This document shows positions 1 to 8,976 of a stretch of DNA of 39,851 nt, piece after piece. The DNA is from Emcibacter sp. (lineage in GTDB: Bacteria > Pseudomonadota > Alphaproteobacteria > Sphingomonadales > Emcibacteraceae), in assembly GCA_027019205.1 (NCBI GenBank), contig JALUWZ010000141.1, positions 1 through 39,851 on the forward strand, in the 5' to 3' direction. How positions within the stretch are numbered: the first letter of the stretch is position 1; each line of letters opens with the position of its first letter. The notes beneath the pieces were generated by a model that saw nothing but the letters and a program-made list of their open reading frames with translations, had not been told where the DNA came from and did not search any database. The translations under genes were made by a program, and so were the position numbers.

Positions 1-1760
1 CACAGCAGGCCGCAGACGAAGCCGCGCAACAGGCCGCAGATCAAGCCGCGCAACAGGCCGCAGACCAAGCAGCACAACAGGCTGCAGACGAAGCCGCGCA
101 ACAGGCTGCAGATCAGGCCGCACAACAAGCTGCCGATCAGGCCGCACAGCAGGCCGCAGACGAAGCCGCCCAACAGGCCGCCGATGAGGCCGCACAGCAG
201 GCCGCAGATCAAGCCGCGCAACAGGCTGCAGATCAGGCCGCCCAACAGGCCGCCGATGAGGCCGCACAACAGGCCGCAGACCAAGCCGCGCAACAGGCTG
301 CAGATCAAGCCGCGCAACAGGCTGCCGATGAGGCCGCCCAGAAAGTTGCAGAAGAATCAGCACAGCAGGCTGCGGATCAAGCGGCGCAAGAGGCTGCAGA
401 TGAAGTGGCACAAGAGGCTGCTGAAAAAGCTGAACATGGTGCGGAGCATGCCTCGGAAGCGGCCCAACAGGCTGCAGAAGAAGCCGAACATAATGCAGAG
501 CATACCTCAGAAGATGCCGGACAGACCGCAGATGGCGGTGAATATGAAATGGACCAGTCCGGGAATGGTTCCGCAGATGATGACGGTTTGGGTAAAGCAT
601 CTGCCCAGGCCACGACCAGCCGGAATCTGGACATTTTGGAGGCAACCATGCAACGGCATCGTGAGTTCAGCGGGACCTATGATGATAACGGCGCTCAGGC
701 GATCAGTAATGAAATATTGGTTCTTGCCCGAACAGAAGCCAGTACGGAGAGAAGTGCGGCACGGGGATATCATGTCAGGGACCGGCTCTATCTGAAGGGA
801 CTGGGGATGGTTTTGACCCGGCTGGAACCGCCGAAAGGTAAAAATTTATCAGCGTCGGCCAGAGAAATCTCCGGGGATATGACGCAGGCCAATGTCGATT
901 TCAACCATCTTTTCTCCCCCCAATCCGGCAAGATGACCTCTGCAGATACGACCTATTCCGTGGCAGATTTTGCAGGGGAAGAGAAGTTAAACAGACAGGA
1001 TGCCGGAAAAATACGGCTTGGGTTGATAGATACACTGGTTAACCGGTCCCATTCTGCCTTTAAAGGAAATAGCATCCTGGCCGAGGATTTTGTGCCTTAT
1101 GACAGGGCACGCCCCGAGGGACACGGAACGGCAGTGGCCTCCCTGCTGGTCGGGGACCAGCCGCCATTGTTCAGGGGGCTGGTTCCCGGGGCAAAACTCT
1201 GTGCGGCCAGCGTCTTTTTCAAACAGCCGTCCGGAAAGGTCACCGCAACCGTTGAAAGTCTTATTCTGGCTCTTGACTGGATGGTGCGGCAAAAGGTTCA
1301 GGTGATCAATATGAGTTTGAGCGGCCCGCCAAACCGCCTTCTTGAAGTGGCGATAAAACGGGTGGCGGAAAAAGGTATTGTCACGGTTGCCGCCGTTGGT
1401 AATGGCGGCCCGGCTGCCGCGCCCCTGTATCCTGCCGCCTATCCCGGGGTGGTGGCCGTGACCGCAGTGGACCAAAATCACCGGATATATTTAAGGGCAA
1501 ACCGGGGAGATTACGTCGCTTTCTCGGCCCCGGGGGTTAATATTCCCGTGGCCCGCAGCGGCGGCGGCTATGGGGTCCTGACCGGAACATCGATTGCCGC
1601 CCCCTTTGTCAGTGCCATACTGGCCGATGAGGTCAGCCTCAACAAGACGCTGGATCAAAGCCAGATTTTGAAAATTCTGCAGGACAGCAGTATTGATCTT
1701 GGCAAGGCGGGGTTTGATGATATCTATGGCTATGGATTAATTCAGACCCCGACGCACTGA
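1..1760 (+). CDS. S8 (subtilisin-like) serine peptidase with low-complexity N-terminal repeat region; 5' end lies outside the window
   Basis: The frame of the 405..1760 ORF is open back to position 3. Catalytic motifs LGLIDT (Asp), HGTAVAS (His), AAVGNGG (oxyanion Asn), GTSIAAPFVS (Ser), and C-terminal DDIYGYGLI. Confidence 0.9.
   Translation, partial: QQAADEAAQQAADQAAQQAADQAAQQAADEAAQQAADQAAQQAADQAAQQAADEAAQQAADEAAQQAADQAAQQAADQAAQQAADEAAQQAADQAAQQAADQAAQQAADEAAQKVAEESAQQAADQAAQEAADEVAQEAAEKAEHGAEHASEAAQQAAEEAEHNAEHTSEDAGQTADGGEYEMDQSGNGSADDDGLGKASAQATTSRNLDILEATMQRHREFSGTYDDNGAQAISNEILVLARTEASTERSAARGYHVRDRLYLKGLGMVLTRLEPPKGKNLSASAREISGDMTQANVDFNHLFSPQSGKMTSADTTYSVADFAGEEKLNRQDAGKIRLGLIDTLVNRSHSAFKGNSILAEDFVPYDRARPEGHGTAVASLLVGDQPPLFRGLVPGAKLCAASVFFKQPSGKVTATVESLILALDWMVRQKVQVINMSLSGPPNRLLEVAIKRVAEKGIVTVAAVGNGGPAAAPLYPAAYPGVVAVTAVDQNHRIYLRANRGDYVAFSAPGVNIPVARSGGGYGVLTGTSIAAPFVSAILADEVSLNKTLDQSQILKILQDSSIDLGKAGFDDIYGYGLIQTPTH
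3..434 (+). repeat. 24-bp coding tandem repeat (QQAAD[E/Q]AA); 14 clean units at 3-338 plus about 4 degenerate units
   Basis: Units start at 3, 27, 51 ... 315 with consensus CARCARGCYGCMGAYSARGCMGCN; truncated by the window edge. Confidence 0.95.
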
Positions 1761-1872
1761 GCTGTATTTTTCTGATGTTTTCCGGCGGCCTGTTCATAAT
1801 TTATTTACCCTGATTTACTAGGATTGGCTTCAACCCAATCCGATAAGCAAATAAAAAAGCGTAACAGGAAAA

Positions 1873-2424
1873 ATGAGTAATATTGATTTAAGCCATGTCA
1901 GCATCCTGGTCGTCGAGGACAGCCAGTTTATCCGGTCACTGATCGTTAACAGCCTGCGGGTACTAGGGGTCGGGTCAGTCCAGTCGGTTGACGACGGCTC
2001 CCAGGCCATCGAATTTATCAAACAGGTCAAGAATGATCCCATGAGAGCCGGGATGATGCATATTGATATCATTATTTCTGACTGGGAGATGTCACCGGTG
2101 GACGGGATGATCCTGCTGCGCTGGATCCGTCGCCACAAGGACAGCCCGGACCGTTTTGTGCCCTTTCTGATGTTAACCGGCTATTCCGAACCCAAACGGG
2201 TCCATGATGCCCGTACCATGGGGGTCAATGAATTTATGTCAAAGCCCTTTACGATCAATGCCATGGCCGAAAAGCTGTTTTCCATCATCAACAAGCCACG
2301 GCAATTTGTTCATACCGCGTCATATTTTGGCCCGGATCGCCGGCGCCAGTCGATCCCGATTGACGGGCCGGACCGGCGGGTGCTGAATTATGACAGCCCG
2401 GAAGTGGAGGTGGTCAATGGCTAA
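1873..2424 (+). CDS. CheY-like single-domain response regulator with C-terminal arginine-rich region (Cle-type c-di-GMP effector)
   Basis: REC motifs LVVEDS, IIISDWEMSPVDG, MLTG, SKPFT; tail YFGPDRRR...IDGPDRR matches the tandem [Y/F]xGPx[R/K]R motif of Caulobacter Cle proteins. Confidence 0.85.
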   Translation: MSNIDLSHVSILVVEDSQFIRSLIVNSLRVLGVGSVQSVDDGSQAIEFIKQVKNDPMRAGMMHIDIIISDWEMSPVDGMILLRWIRRHKDSPDRFVPFLMLTGYSEPKRVHDARTMGVNEFMSKPFTINAMAEKLFSIINKPRQFVHTASYFGPDRRRQSIPIDGPDRRVLNYDSPEVEVVNG

Positions 2425-2917
2425 GGTCACTGTGCGCTATTACCGCCATAAAAACAAACTGCGGGAAAAGACCCTCGGCCTTGCCCCGCTGAATGATGAC
2501 GAGATTTCCTTTGATGAGGAATTGATGGCAAAGGCCATGAAAGAACTGGACGATATGGCGGAGGATTATCCGGACTGGGTTTCCGGCCTGATTGACAAGC
2601 TGGCGGCGGTTCACCGGCGCTGTGTCGATACGCCGGAACAAAGATTCAAGCTTTTCGAGCAGCTTCATGCCATTGCCCATGACATGCGGGGTCAGGGGGG
2701 TACGTTCGGCTATCCGCTGATTTCAAATTTTTCGGACGGTTTGTATGATTTCACCGGGGTTAATACCAGCACGTCCGACACCAATGTCGAGATTATCAAA
2801 TCCCATATTGATGCCATGCGGGTGGTGATCAAACAACGGATCAGCGGTGACGGCGGCGAGATCGGCAAACAGCTGAAGGACGGTCTTGAGGCGGCGATCA
2901 GGAAATACCGCAAATAG
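2417..2917 (+). CDS. Stand-alone Hpt (histidine phosphotransfer) domain protein
   Basis: AHDMRGQGGTFGYPLIS matches the Hpt H-x-x-[KR]-G box. ATG 2417 follows GGAGG and overlaps the upstream stop codon. Confidence 0.8.
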   Translation: MAKVTVRYYRHKNKLREKTLGLAPLNDDEISFDEELMAKAMKELDDMAEDYPDWVSGLIDKLAAVHRRCVDTPEQRFKLFEQLHAIAHDMRGQGGTFGYPLISNFSDGLYDFTGVNTSTSDTNVEIIKSHIDAMRVVIKQRISGDGGEIGKQLKDGLEAAIRKYRK

Positions 2918-2918
2918 C

Positions 2919-4103
2919 CTATTGCTTGCGGCTGAGTTCCTTCATGGCATTTTCAAGTCCGCCGAGGGTTAGCGGATACATCCGCTCCCCCATAAGCTGG
3001 CGCATCAGGGCAATGGAATGGGTATAGTCCCAGTGGGCTTCTTCGGTCGGGTTGAGCCAGACAGCGCTTTGGTAAATCTCCAGCAGCCGCCTCATCCAGA
3101 CCTCGCCGCTTTCCTCGTTCCAGTGTTCGACGCTGCCGCCGGGATAGACGATTTCATAGGGACTCATCGCCGCATCCCCGACAAAAATCACTTTATAATC
3201 CTGGGGATATTTATGCAGGATGTCCCAGGTGTTGATGCGGTTCTGATGGCGGCGGCGGTTATCCTGCCATACTCCCTCATACAGGCAGTTATGGAAATAG
3301 AAATATTCCATATGCTTGAATTCACTGCGGGCGGCGGAAAAAAGTTCCTCGCATAACCTGATATGAGGGTCCATCGAGCCACCGACATCAAGAAAAATCA
3401 GCACCTTGATCGCATTATGGCGCTCCGGCACCATTTTTATATCAAGATAACCCTGTTTGGCGGTGGAACGGATGGTATCGTCAAGGTCAAGTTCCTCGGC
3501 GGCCCCCTGCCGGGCAAAATTACGCAGCCGTTTCAGCGCGACCTTGATATTGCGGGTGCCAAGCTCGACATTGTCGTCAAGATTGCGGAATTCCCGTTTG
3601 TCCCACACCTTGACCGCCCGGTGGTGGCGGCTTTCCCTCTGACCGATCCGCACCCCTTCGGGGTTATAGCCATAGGCGCCAAAAGGCGAGGTACCGGCGG
3701 TGCCAATCCATTTGCTGCCACCCTGATGACGTTCCTTCTGCTCCTCAAGACGCTTTTTCAGGGTTTCCATCAGCTTGTCCCAGTCACCCATGGCCTTGAT
3801 CTTTGCCATTTCTTCGGGGGTCAGGAATTTTTCCGCCAGTTTCTGCAGCCATTCTTCGGGGATTTCCGCCAGCAGGTTTTCAGCCTCCGGGGCCTCCAGT
3901 CCCTTGAAACAATGGCCGAATACCTGATCAAACCTGTCGAGATTGCTCTCATTCTTGACCAGTATCGCCCGGCTGAGATAATAGAAATTATCAATGCTGT
4001 ATTCCGCCAGCCCCGCCTGCATCGCTTCGAGCAGGGTGAGATATTCCCGGAGTGAAACCGGGACATCATTGTCACGCAGGGTCAGGAAGAATTTTGTAAA
4101 CAT
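2919..4103 (-). CDS. VWA-domain protein (CoxE-like), partner of MoxR ATPase
   Basis: MIDAS-like FLDVGGSMD, GGSKWIGTAGTSPFG, FVGDAAMSPYE, VWLNP; directly downstream of a MoxR ATPase. Confidence 0.9.
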   Translation of the reverse strand: MFTKFFLTLRDNDVPVSLREYLTLLEAMQAGLAEYSIDNFYYLSRAILVKNESNLDRFDQVFGHCFKGLEAPEAENLLAEIPEEWLQKLAEKFLTPEEMAKIKAMGDWDKLMETLKKRLEEQKERHQGGSKWIGTAGTSPFGAYGYNPEGVRIGQRESRHHRAVKVWDKREFRNLDDNVELGTRNIKVALKRLRNFARQGAAEELDLDDTIRSTAKQGYLDIKMVPERHNAIKVLIFLDVGGSMDPHIRLCEELFSAARSEFKHMEYFYFHNCLYEGVWQDNRRRHQNRINTWDILHKYPQDYKVIFVGDAAMSPYEIVYPGGSVEHWNEESGEVWMRRLLEIYQSAVWLNPTEEAHWDYTHSIALMRQLMGERMYPLTLGGLENAMKELSRKQ

Positions 4104-4119
4104 CACCCGGTTTTCACTC

Positions 4120-4965
4120 TTAACGGTTTTCGCGGCGGTTCATAAAGGCCAGCCGTTCCAGCATATGAACATCCTGCTCGTTTTTCAGCAGGGCGCCATG
4201 CAGCGGCGGGATGAGCTTTTTCGGATCACGGCTTTTCAGCACCTCAATTGGCATATCCTCAATCATCAGCAGCTTGAGCCAGTCAAGCAGTTCGGACGTT
4301 GACGGTTTTTTCTTCAGCCCCGGAACATCGCGCACGTCATAAAACAGATTGAGCGCCTCGCGGACCAGAATATTCTGGATGTCGGGAAAATGGACATCAA
4401 TAATATCGCTCATGGTGTCCTTGTCGGGGAATTTGATATAATGGAAGAAACAGCGCCGGAGGAAGGCATCGGGCAGGTCTTTTTCATTATTGCTGGTGAT
4501 AATTACCAACGGGCGGTTGACAGCGCGGATGGTTTCCCCGGTCTCGTAAACATTGAATTCCATCCGGTCAAGTTCCTGTAGCAGGTCATTGGGAAATTCA
4601 ATATCGGCCTTGTCAATCTCGTCAATCAGCAGAATGGGGCTGACATCTGCGGTAAAGGCCTCCCACAGCTTGCCTTTATTGATGTAGTTCCTGATATCAT
4701 GGACTTTCTCGTCGCCAAGCTGGCTATCGCGCAGGCGCGATACCGCATCATATTCATACAGGCCCTGCTGGGCCTTGGTGGTGGATTTGATGTGCCATTC
4801 GAGAAGGTCTTTGCCCGTCGCCTTTGCCACCTCATGGGCGAGGACCGTCTTGCCGGTGCCAGGCTCCCCCTTGATCAGCAGCGGGCGTTCAAGGGCAATC
4901 GCCGCGTTGACCGCCACCATCAGATCCGGGGTGGCGACATATGTATCTGTACCAGTAAATTTCAT
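4120..4965 (-). CDS. MoxR-family AAA+ ATPase (CoxD-like)
   Basis: Walker A GEPGTGKT, Walker B LLIDEIDKAD, ITSNNEKDLPDAFLRRC. Confidence 0.93.
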   Translation of the reverse strand: MKFTGTDTYVATPDLMVAVNAAIALERPLLIKGEPGTGKTVLAHEVAKATGKDLLEWHIKSTTKAQQGLYEYDAVSRLRDSQLGDEKVHDIRNYINKGKLWEAFTADVSPILLIDEIDKADIEFPNDLLQELDRMEFNVYETGETIRAVNRPLVIITSNNEKDLPDAFLRRCFFHYIKFPDKDTMSDIIDVHFPDIQNILVREALNLFYDVRDVPGLKKKPSTSELLDWLKLLMIEDMPIEVLKSRDPKKLIPPLHGALLKNEQDVHMLERLAFMNRRENR

Positions 4966-4996
4966 AACCAAACATCCGTTTTATTTTGATGCCGCT

Positions 4997-5025
4997 AAAA
5001 TATCCCGGCGCCTGCAAAAGGTCAA
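4997..5025 (-). promoter_or_regulatory. Sigma70-type promoter for moxR-vwa
   Basis: Minus strand reads TTGACC-N17-TATTTT, about 30 nt upstream of the moxR ATG. Confidence 0.5.
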
Positions 5026-5033
5026 AGGATAAA

Positions 5034-6728
5034 TCAGCCTGTCTTTTCTTTCAGCTTTTCCTGTAGTTTTTCTGTGACCCACGGGACAAATTCCTCCTTG
5101 GCAAACAGAGACATAAATTCGCTCCAGTCGAGGGTAGGCGGTTTGATGATCATCCGGTCTTTCATGAATATCGGGGAACGGTCATCCATGCCAAAGCTCC
5201 ACCATTGCCGGTAATTGAAATTTATCCACCAGCAGAGACTTCCCGCAGCAGCGGCCTCGGTCACCGGGGTCGTGCCGGGGCCGATGGTCAGGTCAAGATT
5301 TTTCGCCAGTGCAGACTTGCCCTCAAAGTCATCCTTGAGGTCCAGTTCGGCAAAATTATGCACCTTGATGCCATGTTTTTCCAGCAATTTCAGTTCCTCC
5401 GCACAGTCGCCATATTGCAGATTGATGAAATTGACATTCTCCGTCTTGAGGAGCGGCAGCCATTCTTCAATTTCGGCATAGAACATTTTGCGTTTGGCCT
5501 GTTGCAGCCCGCTGCGCCAGCAGAAGCCGACATTGACCGGATGGGGCAGGCCGGCGAGTTTTTTCTGCCAGTAGCTGACTTTATCGGCGGGCGGGGTCAG
5601 CAGGCCATCACTCATATCCGGAATATCCTCAATGGACCGCCAGCGATAACGCATAAGTTCGGTATAGAGACACATATAATCAATCTTGCTCTGGTCAATA
5701 TCCTCATAGAGCCGGATATTATATCCGGCCTCATGCTGGGCGCGGATATAGGGCCGGATGGTGGCGTCCGGAAAGCTGTGCCGGAACAGGGGAACCAGAC
5801 GTTTATCGCAGCCAATAATTACATGGTCTGCTTCCCTGATCAGGGCGGGATAGAGGCTGGCGAACAGGATTTCATCGCCAATGCCCTGTTCGGCGCCGAT
5901 CAGGATGGTTTTGCCTTTCAGGTCCTGCCCCTGCCATTTTTCAATGGAATATGGCATGAAAACAGATCCCGGATCGGAGGGGTGGTTATGCCATTCCAGC
6001 GCAGTGAAAGCATCGTCAAAATTGCCCACATTATAGCTGGCCTCGGTCAGGGCGCGGTAGCTGGTCGGTGAATTCGGGTCGATCTCGACGGTCTTTTTGG
6101 CAAATTCATGCGCCTTCTGATACTGTCCCAGATTGGCATAGAGGAAACAGAGATTGCTGGCAAACATGGGAATCGTCGGGTCAAGGCGATAGGCCTCCTC
6201 ATAGAAGGGTTGAGAGGCGATAAAACCGTCACGGAAGGACACCCCGGCCCCGAGGCTATTCCACAGGATGGCACATTCCGGATAGATCGGAATAACATCC
6301 TGCAATAGCTGGATAGACTGGTCAAGCTGTCCGTCCTCGCGCAGGGCGGTTGCCAGATTATTGTAGCCGACCGGCTCCTCCGGGTTAAGCTGGCAATAGA
6401 GCGTGAAAAATTTTATTGCCAGATCATTCAGTTCAAGGGACAGGCAGGCGGTGCCGAGGGATTCGCAGATTGCCGGATTTTCGGCATTCTGGTCGAGGGC
6501 ATGCTCCATCAGGTTAATGGCCTTGTTTTTCATGCCGAGGCCAAAAAGACAGCGCGCCATCAGCACCAGAACATTGGGATTATAGTCCGGATAATCCAGC
6601 GCCCGGGTGAAATAGCCCAGGGCTTCGGAGAAATTTTTTGCATTGCACAGCTCTGTCCCCTTGCGCACAAGCTTGTCATGTTGTTTTGCGGTTTTGGGGT
6701 GGGGAAGGGCATTTTTCTTTTTGGGCAT
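5034..6728 (-). CDS. flmG: FlmG/FlbA-like flagellin O-glycosyltransferase (N-terminal TPRs, C-terminal GT-B domain)
   Basis: Several TPR units (e.g. YNNLATALREDGQLDQS), then W..QDLKGKTILIGAEQGIGDEILFAS, VGFCWRSG, FINLQYG. Divergent from flbT-flaF-flagellin and next to pse genes. Confidence 0.8.
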   Translation of the reverse strand: MPKKKNALPHPKTAKQHDKLVRKGTELCNAKNFSEALGYFTRALDYPDYNPNVLVLMARCLFGLGMKNKAINLMEHALDQNAENPAICESLGTACLSLELNDLAIKFFTLYCQLNPEEPVGYNNLATALREDGQLDQSIQLLQDVIPIYPECAILWNSLGAGVSFRDGFIASQPFYEEAYRLDPTIPMFASNLCFLYANLGQYQKAHEFAKKTVEIDPNSPTSYRALTEASYNVGNFDDAFTALEWHNHPSDPGSVFMPYSIEKWQGQDLKGKTILIGAEQGIGDEILFASLYPALIREADHVIIGCDKRLVPLFRHSFPDATIRPYIRAQHEAGYNIRLYEDIDQSKIDYMCLYTELMRYRWRSIEDIPDMSDGLLTPPADKVSYWQKKLAGLPHPVNVGFCWRSGLQQAKRKMFYAEIEEWLPLLKTENVNFINLQYGDCAEELKLLEKHGIKVHNFAELDLKDDFEGKSALAKNLDLTIGPGTTPVTEAAAAGSLCWWINFNYRQWWSFGMDDRSPIFMKDRMIIKPPTLDWSEFMSLFAKEEFVPWVTEKLQEKLKEKTG

Positions 6729-6813
6729 TACTGATAACCTTTGACGGAAATACGGTTTTTTGACGAAAATATTGTACCTGTTTTCAAATTAATATTATAG
6801 TTAATTAACTTAG

Positions 6814-6829
6814 TTCATATTTTATTAAC
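6814..6829 (+). promoter_or_regulatory. Candidate CtrA box in the flmG/flbT divergent spacer
   Basis: TTCA-N7-TTAAC (one mismatch to TTAA-N7-TTAA); further TTAA half-sites at 6789, 6801 and 6805. Confidence 0.5.
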
Positions 6830-6899
6830 ACAAAATTTGGAATAATGGCTATGCTTCACTCTACTGATGACGTCATAGACTTATTTAACAGGCAAAAAA

Positions 6900-7325
6900 A
6901 TGGCACTGAAAATATCGTTGAAACCGGGAGAAAAGATAGTCGTTAACGGCGCGGTGATTGTTAATGGCGACAGAAGATCAACATTGATCCTGCAGAACAA
7001 GGCGTCTCTGCTCAGGGAAAAGGACATTCTTCAGGCCGAAGAGGTCGATACCCCGATCAAGCATATCTATTTCCCGATCATGCTGATGTATATGGACCCG
7101 TCGGGTTTTGCCAAATATCACGAGCAGTATGTCTTACGCATGACGGAACTGTTAAGTGTTATTGAAGACCCCGCCGCCAAGACCCTGTGCGTCGCGATCA
7201 GCAAGGACGTCATGGACGGCGAATTTTACAAGGCGCTGTTAAAGTGTAAAAAAATGTTTGAATATGAAAATACGAGGCTGAATTATGTCCCTGAAGGCAT
7301 ACCAGACGACCCAGAAGGCCAGTGA
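6900..7325 (+). CDS. flbT: Flagellin post-transcriptional regulator FlbT
   Basis: [26 protein letters not shown]...TPIKHIYF...[10 protein letters not shown]; typical FlbT size and position. Confidence 0.95.
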   Translation: MALKISLKPGEKIVVNGAVIVNGDRRSTLILQNKASLLREKDILQAEEVDTPIKHIYFPIMLMYMDPSGFAKYHEQYVLRMTELLSVIEDPAAKTLCVAISKDVMDGEFYKALLKCKKMFEYENTRLNYVPEGIPDDPEGQ

Positions 7326-7695
7326 GTCTTCAAGCCAGACAGAATACCGGCTGTTCGCCAATGTCACCCGCGCATTGATGGATGTAAAGGGGCTGCCAAA
7401 GCTTGATGTGAAATTGCATGAGGCCCTGCAATGGAACCGCGAATTATGGTCAACCCTCGCCACCGACTGTGCGGTTGAGGGTAATATGCTGCCCAAGCAG
7501 CTGCGGGCCTCAATCATTTCCATTTCCATCTGGGTCGGCAGATACAGCTCACAGGTCGCCCGGGGGGAAGAGGAAATCCAGGCGCTGATAGATATCAACC
7601 GCAATATCATGGAAGGCCTGGCTGCCCAGGCCCAGAATAATGTTGCAGAGGCCAATCCCGGAAATGCCGCAACCGGCCAGAATATTTCCGTGTAA
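7285..7695 (+). CDS. flaF: Flagellar biosynthesis regulator FlaF
   Basis: AYQ...EYRLFANVT...[11 protein letters not shown]...[18 protein letters not shown]...[12 protein letters not shown]. Confidence 0.95.
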   Translation: MSLKAYQTTQKASESSSQTEYRLFANVTRALMDVKGLPKLDVKLHEALQWNRELWSTLATDCAVEGNMLPKQLRASIISISIWVGRYSSQVARGEEEIQALIDINRNIMEGLAAQAQNNVAEANPGNAATGQNISV

Positions 7696-7732
7696 AATAT
7701 TAATTTTCCCGGCTGAAAAGGTGACTTTATAG

Positions 7733-7748
7733 TTAATTTTTCGTTAAC
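7733..7748 (+). promoter_or_regulatory. CtrA box upstream of flagellin 1, inside the palindrome TATAGTTAA-N7-TTAACTATA
   Basis: Exact TTAA-tttttcg-TTAAC. Confidence 0.65.
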
Positions 7749-7821
7749 TATAAAATGAAAAATACGCATAACATAATGATTCTGAATGATGAATCACTTT
7801 CCCTATAAAAATTAATCCTTG

Positions 7822-7836
7822 TTAACCAATCTTTAA
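7822..7836 (+). promoter_or_regulatory. Second CtrA box upstream of flagellin 1
   Basis: Exact TTAA-ccaatct-TTAA, with another TTAA at 7812. Confidence 0.6.
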
Positions 7837-7971
7837 TAGATTACAAATTACACTATTCAGGTCAGTTGATATTGCCAGAAAGGCGAAATTTTATGGGCTG
7901 GCATGAGTGGGTTCCGGCCCGAAATGGAGCAAAATGCTCTTTAATAGTACTCTCAGAATGGAGATTATATT

Positions 7972-8808
7972 ATGTCTTTTTCAGTCAATACAAACGCGGG
8001 CGCTCTCTTCGCCCTGCAATCCCTCAGCAATACAAACAGCCGGCTTGATACTGTTCAGGCAAGGATTAATACCGGCCTTAAAGTGTCATCTGCCAAAGAT
8101 AACGCAGCCGTTTTTGCCATTGCCCAGGGTCAACGGGCACAGCTTGGCGGCCTTAATTCGGTCAAGGGATCGCTCGACCGGGCATCCAGTGCCCTGAATG
8201 TTGCGCTGGCGGCGGGGACAGCGGTCTCTGACCTGCTTATCCAGTTGAAAGAAAAATCTGTCGCTGCTGCTGACCCCGGGGCATCCGCTGCAACCCGGAC
8301 GGCTCTGAATGATGAATTCAAGAGCCTGATCACCCAGATCGGGACAGTTGTTGACAATGCGACTTTCAATGGTGTCAATGCCGTGAAAAATGGCGGGACC
8401 AGCATTCAGGCCCTGGTTGCGGTGCCAAATGGCACGGTATCCACAGCGGCAATTACCATTGCAGCCACGGATATTTCTGCCAGTGCCGGCCTTGCGCTGA
8501 CCACCGGTACGGTTATTTCCACTGCGGCTGGTGCCTCTACGGCCCTCGGGGTTATTTCAACGGCCCAGTCAACGGTTACGACCTTCCTGTCCAAACTTGG
8601 CGCGGGTGCAAAACGTGTTGATATTCAGCGCGCGTTCACCGACAAACTGTCAAGTGCGATTGAAATTGGTATTGGTAATCTGGTTGATGCCAATCTGGCC
8701 CGTGAAAGTGCCAATTTGCAGTCCTTGCAGGTCAAACAGCAGCTTGGTCTGCAGGCCCTGTCGATTGCCAACCGGGCACCTGGTTCAGTATTGTCACTGT
8801 TCAGATAA
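7972..8808 (+). CDS. Flagellin 1 (278 aa, short Caulobacter Flj-type)
   Basis: SVNTNAGAL...RINTGLKVSSAKDNAAVFAIAQ; C-terminal GIGNLVDANLARESANLQSLQVKQQLGLQALSIAN; GGAG RBS. Confidence 0.97.
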   Translation: MSFSVNTNAGALFALQSLSNTNSRLDTVQARINTGLKVSSAKDNAAVFAIAQGQRAQLGGLNSVKGSLDRASSALNVALAAGTAVSDLLIQLKEKSVAAADPGASAATRTALNDEFKSLITQIGTVVDNATFNGVNAVKNGGTSIQALVAVPNGTVSTAAITIAATDISASAGLALTTGTVISTAAGASTALGVISTAQSTVTTFLSKLGAGAKRVDIQRAFTDKLSSAIEIGIGNLVDANLARESANLQSLQVKQQLGLQALSIANRAPGSVLSLFR

Positions 8809-8824
8809 CAGTCTATTCTATATT

Positions 8825-8858
8825 TTCTGGTGGGGTCATATTATTGGCCTCACCAGAA
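8825..8858 (+). terminator. Stem-loop after flagellin 1 (terminator or mRNA-stabilising hairpin)
   Basis: TTCTGGTGGGGTCA-tattat-TGGCCTCACCAGAA, 14-bp stem with two G:U pairs; no immediate U-tract. Confidence 0.55.
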
Positions 8859-8976
8859 GATCATATATCCTTTTAAAAAAGTTTATTTTTTATATAGTTT
8901 ATTTTATAATATTTAATGACGGGTTTTGTATGGTCTATAGTAGCTTTGTGAAAGTTGGGCATATGTAGAGGATAAA

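Noticed and set aside
1-434. Regular 24-bp repeats as a possible CRISPR array
   Set aside because: Units are contiguous with no unique spacers, vary at third codon positions and are in frame with the protease; no cas genes are present.
184-795. Arg/Pro-rich 203-aa ORF
   Set aside because: Alternative-frame shadow of the repeat; the other frame is continuous with the S8 domain.
2919-6728. flmG-moxR-vwa as one operon, with MoxR chaperoning the glycosyltransferase
   Set aside because: moxR has its own TTGACC-N17-TATTTT promoter candidate, and this MoxR/VWA pair is widespread outside flagellar loci; adjacency is the only support.
7285-7325. 41-nt flbT/flaF overlap as a frameshift or recoding signal
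   Set aside because: Both proteins are full length with family-typical termini.
7899-7914. TGGCAT as a sigma54 promoter for flagellin 1
   Set aside because: No GC at the -12 position (TGGCAT-gagtg-GGTTC).
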